From: an uncultured Mollicutes bacterium
Lineage (GTDB): Bacteria; Bacillota_I; Bacilli_A; RFN20; CAG-826
Length of the DNA stretch: 64,000 bases
Direction: 5' to 3'
Assembly (NCBI GenBank): GCA_900540385.1
Contig: UQFY01000003.1
Coordinates: forward strand, 64,715-128,714
The notes under the pieces were generated by a model. That model was not told the DNA's origin and did not search any database. It worked only from the letters and a program-made list of their open reading frames with translations. A program made the position numbers and the translations under genes. Every line of letters starts with the position of its first letter. Position 1 is the stretch's first letter. Positions 46,244 through 53,987 of this stretch are shown here, one piece after another.

Positions 46244-46777
46244 TTAATCGAAAACCGTTTTTGTTTTGGAAAAATGGTCTCTAAGAATTTCTTTCTCTTT
46301 TAGCAAAGAGAGGGAATCAAGGAAGGCTTCCCCTTCTTTTGAGAACCAAAAATCAAGGTCATGGTAGAAAGGATCCTCTTCCGTCAAAGAAAGGACGAGG
46401 GGGCACAAAACTCTTTGAATTAGGTTCTTAAGATATTCTGGGTAATTCTCTTTCATCTTCTCAGAATGAAGATAAGAGGAATGAAGGAGGAAATTTAAGA
46501 AATTGACATCATCTTCTTCCCAAGAAAAAGGTTTTTTCTCTTTGACCCATTTTTCCAAATCCGACGTTGTTTGAAGAAAATAAGAAAGAAACTCTTTTTG
46601 ATGTTTTTTTAAAAGAATCGCCTCATCTTTCTTAGAACCATTAAGAAAGGAAATAGCCGCTTCATGAAGTCTTTCTTTCTCTTTTTCATCGAAAGGAATC
46701 ATTTCTAAAGACGAAAACTGTTCATTTAAATAAGAAATGTCACAGATGAGGTCTAATTTAAAATTGGTCAGGTCCAT
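46244..46777 (-). CDS. Hypothetical 177-aa protein, encoded directly upstream of the giant helicase-nuclease gene
   Basis: ORF with a GGAGGG SD and no recognisable motif. It is acidic and probably helical. It lies 53 nt upstream of the 1943-aa ORF. Confidence 0.55.
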   Translation of the reverse strand: MDLTNFKLDLICDISYLNEQFSSLEMIPFDEKEKERLHEAAISFLNGSKKDEAILLKKHQKEFLSYFLQTTSDLEKWVKEKKPFSWEEDDVNFLNFLLHSSYLHSEKMKENYPEYLKNLIQRVLCPLVLSLTEEDPFYHDLDFWFSKEGEAFLDSLSLLKEKEILRDHFSKTKTVFD

Positions 46778-46802
46778 AAAAGAAAACCCTCCGAAGAGGG
46801 CG
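46778..46802 (-). terminator. Hairpin and U-tract immediately after proS; its 3' arm is the SD of the next gene
   Basis: The minus strand reads GCCCTC-TTCG-GAGGGT followed by TTTCTTTT and then the ATG at 46777. Confidence 0.5.
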
Positions 46803-46806
46803 TAAA

Positions 46807-48246
46807 TTAATAAGCGCGAGCGAAATAGGCGATAACCGTAGCCTTATTTCCGGTAACAGGATCGACTTTATCGCTATCGGCAGGAAGTTTCTCAAAGATA
46901 CAACGAGCAGTCGCTCCATTGGTCTTCGCTTTAATGATGTCTTCCGTTTCTGGCCTTCCATCGTAAGCAAATTTAACAAAACCACCTTTTTGGTCAAGGA
47001 TAGCTGTCATTTCTTCGAGGGTGTTGGCTTCAGAAATATGGGCATTGAGATTATCTAATGCTTTTTGATACATACGGTTATGGATATCTTTTAAGATAGC
47101 TGGCATAGAAGAAGCAAGGCCTTCAATCTTCACCGCTTCTTTCTTTCCATCCACACGTGTGGTTAGAAGAGCTTCGCCTCTTTCAAGATCACGAGGTCCA
47201 ACTTCAATACGAAGAGGGACGCCCTTCATTTCATATTGAGCGAATTTCCATCCTGGAGTACGGTTTTCATCGTCATCTAATTTCACGCGAATGCCTTGCG
47301 CTTTGATTTCCTCATAAAGTTTGCGGCACGCTTCCAAAACGCCTGGAGTTTGCATTCTAACAGGAACAATCACAGCTTGAATTGGAGCAACGTATGGTGG
47401 TAAAACCAAACCATTATCATCACCATGAACCATGATAATTGCGCCAAGAAGACGAGTAGAAACGCCCCAGGAAGTTTGATAAGGGGTTTCAAGAGCGTTC
47501 TTTCTTCCTAAGAAAGAGACTTCTGCAGCTTTTGCAAAGCCTTGTCCAAGATAATGGGAAGTTCCGCTTTGAAGCGCTTTGCCATCATGCATTAAAGCTT
47601 CGACGGTATAAGTATCTTTTGCACCGGCAAATCTTTCGTGTTCCGTTTTTTCGCCCATTAAAAATGGGATAGCAAGGAGGTCTTTTCCAAGATCATTATA
47701 GACGTGAAGCATGTCGATGGAATTCTTTTGAGCTTCTTCTTCCGTTTCAAAAAGACAATGTCCTTCTTGCCAAAGAAATTCCGCTCCGCGAAGGAAAGGA
47801 CGGGTTGTCTTTTCCCAACGAACCACAGAGCACCATTGGTTATAACGGATAGGGAGATCACGATAGGAATTGATTCTTTTTTTGAAAAGTTCGGAGAAGA
47901 TTGTTTCGGATGTTGGACGAATGATTAAAGGATCCGTAAGTTGGTTTCCTCCACCAATGGTGGCAACTAAGCATTCTGGAGCAAAGCCTTCCACGTGCTC
48001 TTTTTCTTTGTTGAAAACAGAGGCAGGGATAACCATAGGAAGATAAACATTCTCGGCGCCGTTTTCTTTAAAACGACCATTCAAATAGTTTTGAATTTCT
48101 TCCCACATCGCATAAGAGTAAGGAAGATATTCGATAAATCCTTTAACGGAATAATATTCCATCAAATCTGCTTTACGGCATACATCGGTATACCATTTCG
48201 CAAAGTCAACATCACGCGAAGTGATGGCATCATTTTTCTTTTCCAT
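46807..48246 (-). CDS. proS: Prolyl-tRNA synthetase, archaeal/eukaryotic-like short type (no INS editing domain)
   Basis: Class II motifs FRGAEFLWQEGH and GTSHYLGQGFAKAAEVSF. The C-terminus ends ...YFARAY. The 479-aa length fits this type. Confidence 0.95.
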   Translation of the reverse strand: MEKKNDAITSRDVDFAKWYTDVCRKADLMEYYSVKGFIEYLPYSYAMWEEIQNYLNGRFKENGAENVYLPMVIPASVFNKEKEHVEGFAPECLVATIGGGNQLTDPLIIRPTSETIFSELFKKRINSYRDLPIRYNQWCSVVRWEKTTRPFLRGAEFLWQEGHCLFETEEEAQKNSIDMLHVYNDLGKDLLAIPFLMGEKTEHERFAGAKDTYTVEALMHDGKALQSGTSHYLGQGFAKAAEVSFLGRKNALETPYQTSWGVSTRLLGAIIMVHGDDNGLVLPPYVAPIQAVIVPVRMQTPGVLEACRKLYEEIKAQGIRVKLDDDENRTPGWKFAQYEMKGVPLRIEVGPRDLERGEALLTTRVDGKKEAVKIEGLASSMPAILKDIHNRMYQKALDNLNAHISEANTLEEMTAILDQKGGFVKFAYDGRPETEDIIKAKTNGATARCIFEKLPADSDKVDPVTGNKATVIAYFARAY

Positions 48247-48249
48247 AAT

Positions 48250-50058
48250 TTATTGTCTGTTTCCTTTCATTTCCTTTAGACGGATCTCGTCTTTTTCTTT
48301 AAGCGGTACAAACCCATTTTGATAAGGGCCAAATTGGTCAGAGGCAACATAGTCAATTCCAGAGCCAACTACCAATTCTATCGCATTCCAATCAGCAAGG
48401 TTAGAACCAACGATAATCTTCTTGTATTTAAGGAGTTTTTCTACCAAGGCGTGGAGTTGAGAACGAATGACCATGTCCATATGTTTGCTATCCGTGTCAT
48501 CATTACGGAAATCCACGAAGAAGATATCCATCAGTTTCAAAATGTTTTCATCCGCGTTAATCGCTTTGCCTTGAACGATAAGTCCCAAAGAAAAACCGGA
48601 CTCATGAACGTTTTTAAGCAAGGAGCATAAATTATCCATTCCTATTTGCTTTGAACCAGCCAGGACGTCATTTTCTTTAAGAAGGAACATTAGATTTGCG
48701 TCCTTAGCCCCCTTAAGATTGGAGAAGATTGCTGGTATCGTTTGAAGCTCTCTTACCATAATAGGATAGAAAAGACGCTGAGAACGGAGTGGTCTTTCGG
48801 AAACGAAACGAGAAACAATCGTCTTTGCAAGATAGCCAAAGAGGTTATTTTGGTCTTTGGCACGGATCGCGTAGTTCTTTAGTTCCTCAATAGTTGCAAA
48901 AGAAGTTCTATCCGCATCAGGAACAGGTTTTGATACATATCCAAGCACGGAATGTCTTGATACGCCATAAACCGGTTGGAAGAAATTGTTGATGCGTTTA
49001 TCAAAAATGATTTTCTCGACTTCAGAACGATATTTGGAAACATCGAAATTCACATAATCGTCCACTCCTTTGCGGTAATAGACCAAAGAGGAAGAAGTGT
49101 CATAGGCATTCATCGCCGTTCTTTGAGAATAATCAATGAGCGATTCTGTATCACCAAAAAGATCTTTATTTGCAACAATGCCAGCTTTAACAACATAGAT
49201 AGCGTCGTTCATTTTATTCTTTGTCGTCAAAGCATTCGTAACCCCGTTAATCGTTCTTAAAGCGTAGGCCACCGCTTCTTCATGGTCGTTGATATCGAAG
49301 TTACAAACGAGAAGTTCATTATCTGCCAGTCTCATTAATTGAGCGTTGCCATATATATATCGATCCAAAGCTGTGCGGAACTTATTGCAAACGGTTCTAG
49401 GGACGTTGTTCTCATAGGCATCGCCTTTCTTTTTCTTCAAAGTGAAACAAAATGTTGTTCCTCTAGAAGAGCCGTATTTCTTAATGGAGTTAGCGAATTG
49501 CGTTTCCGTTACAAAAACAGTATTTGGGACATTCCCCTTCTTTCGAATCGCATTTTGAAGGAGATAACTTTCAAGATGAAGCAAGCCACTTGAAGGGTTT
49601 GATTTGGTAATGCGTAAAAAAGAGGAAGTTGTTTTCTTATGGGTTTTTAAGTAAACGTTGGTTTGTAAGAAGTCTGTGGTTTGTTTTCCAGAAAGAATGT
49701 TTTCAATCCAAGTGTGGACCTTCGTTTTTTCTTCATCAGGGAAAGAATCATAGAACTGTTCCATGGTGATACTCTTTTTTTCGCGGAGGTTAGATAAATC
49801 GAAATACGTAACGGAATTATGGACTGAGTCAATGCGATAAGCTCTTGCTCCACTAGATTCATAATTCACCGTGCGAACAAATTTTTTATCGAAGTATCGA
49901 AGGACGAAATAAGTCGTTATCAAAGCAGCAAAGGAAAGAAGGATAATAACAAAAGTGATCCAGCCTATAATCGTTCTCCAATCCGCGGGAGAGAAACGAC
50001 TTACAAAGTCATTTAAGACATTTGTGTTTGTTTTCATTACGAATTCATAATTGAACAT
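48250..50058 (-). CDS. Membrane-anchored protein with degenerate GGDEF-like and EAL-like domains
   Basis: N-terminal TM helix WITFVIILLSFAALITTYFVL. LMRLADNELLVCNF sits where RxGGDEF is expected. FQPVYGVSRHSVLGYVSKP sits where YQPI...EALxR is expected. The EAL-like C-terminus reads IIVGSNLADWNAIELVVGSGIDYVASDQF. Only 3 nt separate it from proS. Confidence 0.55.
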   Translation of the reverse strand: MFNYEFVMKTNTNVLNDFVSRFSPADWRTIIGWITFVIILLSFAALITTYFVLRYFDKKFVRTVNYESSGARAYRIDSVHNSVTYFDLSNLREKKSITMEQFYDSFPDEEKTKVHTWIENILSGKQTTDFLQTNVYLKTHKKTTSSFLRITKSNPSSGLLHLESYLLQNAIRKKGNVPNTVFVTETQFANSIKKYGSSRGTTFCFTLKKKKGDAYENNVPRTVCNKFRTALDRYIYGNAQLMRLADNELLVCNFDINDHEEAVAYALRTINGVTNALTTKNKMNDAIYVVKAGIVANKDLFGDTESLIDYSQRTAMNAYDTSSSLVYYRKGVDDYVNFDVSKYRSEVEKIIFDKRINNFFQPVYGVSRHSVLGYVSKPVPDADRTSFATIEELKNYAIRAKDQNNLFGYLAKTIVSRFVSERPLRSQRLFYPIMVRELQTIPAIFSNLKGAKDANLMFLLKENDVLAGSKQIGMDNLCSLLKNVHESGFSLGLIVQGKAINADENILKLMDIFFVDFRNDDTDSKHMDMVIRSQLHALVEKLLKYKKIIVGSNLADWNAIELVVGSGIDYVASDQFGPYQNGFVPLKEKDEIRLKEMKGNRQ

Positions 50059-50181
50059 ACTTAAAACAGGTCTTTTTCCTTAACCTTAACTATGTTAACA
50101 CGTATAGATGAATTCAAAAAATGGAAATGTTCGCATTTCCTTGTTTGAACCCTCCTAAAGCGATATTATTACTAGCGCTGT

Positions 50182-50272
50182 GGAGAAGTACCCAAGTGGC
50201 CGAAGGGGGCAGTCTCGAAAACTGCTAGTAGGTGTATGCCTAGCAAGGGTTCAAATCCCTTCTTCTCCGCCA
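50182..50272 (+). tRNA. tRNA-Ser (anticodon CGA), class II, encoded CCA
   Basis: Acceptor GGAGAAG/CTTCTCC, anticodon stem-loop GCAGT-CTCGAAA-ACTGC, long variable arm, and T arm AAGGG-TTCAAAT-CCCTT. Confidence 0.9.
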
Positions 50273-50333
50273 GAGTAGTTTTTATCGGCACTTTTTGACA
50301 ACTCGCCCACTCATATGCGTTCTCGACAAGATA

Positions 50334-50428
50334 TTAAAAGGAAGCATATGGGAAAATAAAGTGCCTGGAAATATATAAAAGCAGTCGATTAACGAGCGGT
50401 TCATTCTGAAAGAAATAAACCATTTGAA
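50334..50428 (+). repeat. Imperfect direct repeat A bounding the tRNA-Ser islet
   Basis: ttaaaaggaagcatatgggaaaataaagtgcctggaaatatata...ggttcattctgaaagaaataaaccattt aligns by eye with 51924-52012. The core block gggaaaataaagtg is identical in both copies. Confidence 0.6.
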
Positions 50429-51192
50429 AAGAAAAAGTAAAGAGGACGACAACGGCAAAAATAATAGCCCTTTTTTCTTACATGCGCATGCGTTCTAAAA
50501 CGCTACTAATGTTACTGGAAAAATAATGTTTTTATCGTTTTCTTGATTTTTGCTATATCTAAATCACGCACGTTAAAACCATATTTGTTATTTGAGAGTT
50601 TACTTGTATATAACCAACTTATTTCGTCTACCTTGGATATATAAAAATAAATATATAAAGGTTTATCGTGCCTTTATTTTCCGTTTTTTAAGTCACTTTT
50701 AGCAAAAATGCTTCAAATTCTTTTCTTTCGATTAGGTCTAGGCTTTTAAGCGTTTTTGAAAGAAATTAATTAAAACGGGGTCACATATTTTATAAATGCG
50801 TTTGTAATTGTGACCGTTCCCGAAAACGGGGGCAGAAAGGTAGGCATTAAAAGACCGGTAGAAAATGAGAGAAAGAAAAAGCCTTAAAGCCCCTATCCAA
50901 TTTGGATGGCTTGCAAGAAAAGGTTTTACCTAGTGAAACTCGAAAAAAATAAAAAGATTCCTAGAGCTGGCTATTAAGACTGGCACCCTTATTAAGCTAG
51001 CAATAGAAATCTACCAAGCGATAATAGGCTAACCCATAGAGTCAGAAGCGTCAAGGGGCGAGCGCCCGGCCCCTATGAAAAGGGGGTGTAACGATGGCAC
51101 GGAAAAGCGAAGAACAGCGGCAAAGAGAGATACTTCAAGGGCCTAAAATAGAAAAGAAACCATAATTAATAGATCGTGGTTTTTATTTTATC

Positions 51193-51221
51193 TTGAAAAT
51201 TGCCTTGCATTGCACTACATT
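51193..51221 (+). promoter_or_regulatory. Candidate relBE promoter with a palindromic operator
   Basis: TTGAAA (-35), a 17-nt spacer attgccttgcattgcac containing the palindrome TGCAtTGCA, then TACATT (-10). An AAGGAGG SD follows. Confidence 0.45.
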
Positions 51222-51249
51222 AAGGGTACTAAGAAGGAGGCGGAAGAAA

Positions 51250-51471
51250 ATGAATGTCACAATAAGAATGACCGACGAGCAAAGGAAGATCGCAGACACC
51301 TACGCAAAATGCGAAGGAGTCACGCTCTCTGAGGCGATAAAGAGAGCTTTCTTCGAAGCCATTGAGGAAAAGTACGATTTAGCGGAGGCCGAAGAGGTAT
51401 CCAAAAGAATCAGAAACGGCACCGAGAAAACCTACTCAGTGGATGAAGCCGAGAGGCTCATGGGCTTATGA
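51250..51471 (+). CDS. relB: Type II antitoxin, ribbon-helix-helix RelB/DinJ-like
   Basis: MNVTIRMTDEQRKIADTYAKCEGVTLSEAIKRAFFEAIEE is an RHH-type N-terminus. An AAGGAGG SD lies 9 nt upstream. An ATGA overlap links it to the toxin gene. Confidence 0.8.
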   Translation: MNVTIRMTDEQRKIADTYAKCEGVTLSEAIKRAFFEAIEEKYDLAEAEEVSKRIRNGTEKTYSVDEAERLMGL

Positions 51472-51743
51472 CCGGAGAAGGATATCATTTAAGATATTCG
51501 GAGAAAGCCATCCGGGAGATGAACAAGCTGGATCGCTACACGAGAGTGATAATCGCGAACTGGCTAAGGAGAAACCTCGATGGGATAGACGACCCAAGAA
51601 GAACGGGGAAGCCGCTCAAAGGGGAACTAAACCATTATTGGAGGTATCGCATAGGCGACTACAGGGTAATTGCCGAGATAATCGATCATGAGCTTGTTGT
51701 CGAAATCGTGAAAGTAGGACATAGAAGGGACATCTATCAATGA
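51468..51743 (+). CDS. relE: Type II toxin, RelE/ParE family
   Basis: 91 aa with the typical RelE pattern: LRYSEKAIREMNKLD...GKPLKGELNHYWRYRIGDYRVIAEIIDHELVVEIVKVGHRRDIY. Confidence 0.85.
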   Translation: MTGEGYHLRYSEKAIREMNKLDRYTRVIIANWLRRNLDGIDDPRRTGKPLKGELNHYWRYRIGDYRVIAEIIDHELVVEIVKVGHRRDIYQ

Positions 51744-51748
51744 AAAGG

Positions 51749-51776
51749 CCGGGAACAATCCCGGTTTTCTTTTTTT
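51749..51776 (+). terminator. Rho-independent terminator after relE
   Basis: ccggga-acaa-tcccgg followed by TTTTCTTTTTTT. Confidence 0.75.
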
Positions 51777-51923
51777 CATTTCATCATTCGCCTTCTGACG
51801 TCGGCCACGAATGGGCGCACCCAAGTGTGATGATGGAGGTTTACGTTCATGTGAACTCGAAGTCTATCACAAAGCTCATGGAAAGGAAGTCAACTTGTAC
51901 ACCCAGACAGGTACTTATCACGT

Positions 51924-52012
51924 TTTAAAAAGAACATACGGGAAAATAAAGTGTTTGAAAATATAATTCGCAAATGGATGGTTCGTTTTCAAAAAAAGAT
52001 GAACCATTTTAT
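51924..52012 (+). repeat. Imperfect direct repeat B bounding the tRNA-Ser islet
   Basis: tttaaaaagaacatacgggaaaataaagtgtttgaaaatataat...atggttcgttttcaaaaaaagatgaaccatttt. It includes a 7-bp hairpin atggttc/gaaccat and a T-run. Confidence 0.6.
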
Positions 52013-52171
52013 TTTTATGTTTTTTCGATTTTTGAAAATCACTTCATTTTGTTAACTGGATAAATGTCTTTGCCTTTTATGGGTTTCATTAGAAATCATT
52101 TTGGCAACATGGTGTATGATTAATTTTGATGAAAATCATTTTTGGATAAAATGACTAAGGAGGAATTCAAA

Positions 52172-52693
52172 ATGAACGAGTCAATCAAAACGTTAGAGAC
52201 AAGATGTTCTTGTAAAGCTTATACCGATAAGATGATTCCTGAAGATATCCTTCAAGAGATACTCGAAGCGGGTTTATATGCACCTAGCGGCCTTGGCCAA
52301 CAAAATGCTGCAGCTATTGTTATCACAAACAAAAAGGTTCGTGATGAGTTAGAAGAAGAAAACGCGCGCATCTTAGGAAGAGAGGGAATCCATCCTTTTT
52401 ATGACGCCCCGATTGTCGTTCTTGTTATCGCAAAAGGACCTACAGGCATTTATGATGGCTCTTTGATGATTGGGAATATGCTTAATGCCGCTTCCTCTTT
52501 AGGTGTTGGCGCCTGTTGGATTCACCGTGCAAAGGAAGAGGTTGAAAGAGAGTTTGGGAAGAAACTCTTATTAGAAAATGGTTTCGATCCAAATGAATGG
52601 CAAGGAATTGGAAACGTTACTCTTGGATACGCTGCTCTTCCTCAAAAAGAGAAATTGTCAAGAAAAGAACATCGTATTGTGTACGTTCGTTAA
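52172..52693 (+). CDS. Nitroreductase-family oxidoreductase
   Basis: The ATG at 52172 follows an AGGAGG SD. The N-terminus RCSCKAYTDKMIPEDILQEILEAGLYAPSGLGQQ is typical of the family. Confidence 0.85.
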   Translation: MNESIKTLETRCSCKAYTDKMIPEDILQEILEAGLYAPSGLGQQNAAAIVITNKKVRDELEEENARILGREGIHPFYDAPIVVLVIAKGPTGIYDGSLMIGNMLNAASSLGVGACWIHRAKEEVEREFGKKLLLENGFDPNEWQGIGNVTLGYAALPQKEKLSRKEHRIVYVR

Positions 52694-52758
52694 AAACATC
52701 CCTTAGAAGCGCACTTGTCTAAGGGATTTCTAATAAAATGAGTTTATTCGTTAAACCC

Positions 52759-53811
52759 TTATTTAATTGGGCGCATATAGAAACGTCCTTCAACTTGTTC
52801 AAGCGGAAGTACTTCGATAAAAGCATTAGGATCTTCTTGTTTAATGAGCTTGATTGCAGAATTTAATTCATAAGAAGAGATGACAATATCAAAGATATAA
52901 CGATCGGCGTTAGAATATACGCCTTTCCCTTTAATCATTGTTGCAGCATGAGGAAGGTGAGAAATGATGAATTGGCCTAATTCCTCTTCATTGGTAACGA
53001 TTTGGACTTTTACTTTCTTATTTCTTGTGTGAATTCTATCTACTACAAGAGCAGTAACGAAAAGATAAACAACAGAGAAGACGGCACGTGCAAAATGCTC
53101 ACCAACAATGGCTGTATTGCCCCAACCATCTAATGCACAAGAGAAAATCGTGAATAAGGTAAGGGTTATGCCGTTCATAATAACGGAATACTTGCCAACT
53201 GCCGTTCTTTTCTTTAAAGCGATCCAATAAGCGATAACATCAATTCCGCCCGTAGACAAATCACCCTTAAAGGCGATAGCTGTGCTTAATCCTGTTGTTG
53301 CACCACCAAAAATAACACGAGCAAGAAGACCACCATGGGCACTAACATATTGTCCGATTTGATAGATGACTTCTATTTTTTCTGGATTTAATAGTTCTGT
53401 AAAAATCGAAGTTTCCAAAACATTGATAAGGGTAAGAAGAGTGTAACGTTTACCAATACCAAAGAAAGACAGAATAATAACAGGGATATTGATAACGAAA
53501 TAAAGGACAGAAAACATTAAGTGTTCCACGGAAACATCAAAATGAACTCCGCATAAATTTAAGAAAATAATCAGAGTCTGAGAGATACCCGATACCCCTC
53601 CGGCAACGTATTTATCAATTAGCCAAACACCATCCTTAAGAGTTTGAAGGGAAATGAAGCAGTTAAAGCCAAAAGCGAAAGTGAAGGCGGATAGAGTAGA
53701 AATCAACAAGGCCCAGATGAAATCAAACGTGTGTTTCAAACGAAGATGGTCGTATAACCAATCGTTTACTCTTTCTTTCAAAGTCGAAAATTTATTATGT
53801 ATCTTTTTCAT
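52759..53811 (-). CDS. YitT-family membrane protein (with C-terminal DUF2179)
   Basis: A polytopic N-terminal half is followed by a soluble C-terminal domain (VKVQIVTNEEELGQFI...ATMIKGKGVYS...IEVLPLEQVEGRF). Confidence 0.8.
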   Translation of the reverse strand: MKKIHNKFSTLKERVNDWLYDHLRLKHTFDFIWALLISTLSAFTFAFGFNCFISLQTLKDGVWLIDKYVAGGVSGISQTLIIFLNLCGVHFDVSVEHLMFSVLYFVINIPVIILSFFGIGKRYTLLTLINVLETSIFTELLNPEKIEVIYQIGQYVSAHGGLLARVIFGGATTGLSTAIAFKGDLSTGGIDVIAYWIALKKRTAVGKYSVIMNGITLTLFTIFSCALDGWGNTAIVGEHFARAVFSVVYLFVTALVVDRIHTRNKKVKVQIVTNEEELGQFIISHLPHAATMIKGKGVYSNADRYIFDIVISSYELNSAIKLIKQEDPNAFIEVLPLEQVEGRFYMRPIK

Positions 53812-53987
53812 ATGTCGAAATGATTATATAGGTTGCCCCATCTTAAACAAGTAGAAAAGTGCTTCTTGTTTTCTCTTTCCATTTTTCTAAAGAAAAAAGA
53901 AACATGTTTTATTGCCTATAGCAAGTTGAAATGATAAGATTACATCGCTGTTTATAAAAACAGGCTGCTTTTTGTCGGAGGTTTTCC

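Noticed and set aside
46758-46997. 79-aa minus-strand ORF spanning the proS 3' end and the terminator
   Set aside because: It is out of frame with proS, overlaps both proS and the start of the 177-aa ORF, and has no SD.
50273-51192. Checked whether the ORF-free region is tmRNA, RNase P RNA, SRP RNA or 6S RNA
   Set aside because: I found no GAGGAAAGTCC or ACAGNRA P4 blocks (RNase P). There is no tRNA-like GGTTCGA...CCA 3' end or tag ORF ending in ...LAA (tmRNA), and no SRP domain IV GGAA/AGCA motif. It therefore stays an unassigned candidate only.
51443-51824. ORFs 51443-51691 (+) and 51627-51824 (-) overlapping relE
   Set aside because: These are alternative-frame or antisense ORFs inside a well-supported RelE gene and its terminator. 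Their Arg/Gly-rich translations are artefacts of the GC-richer islet.
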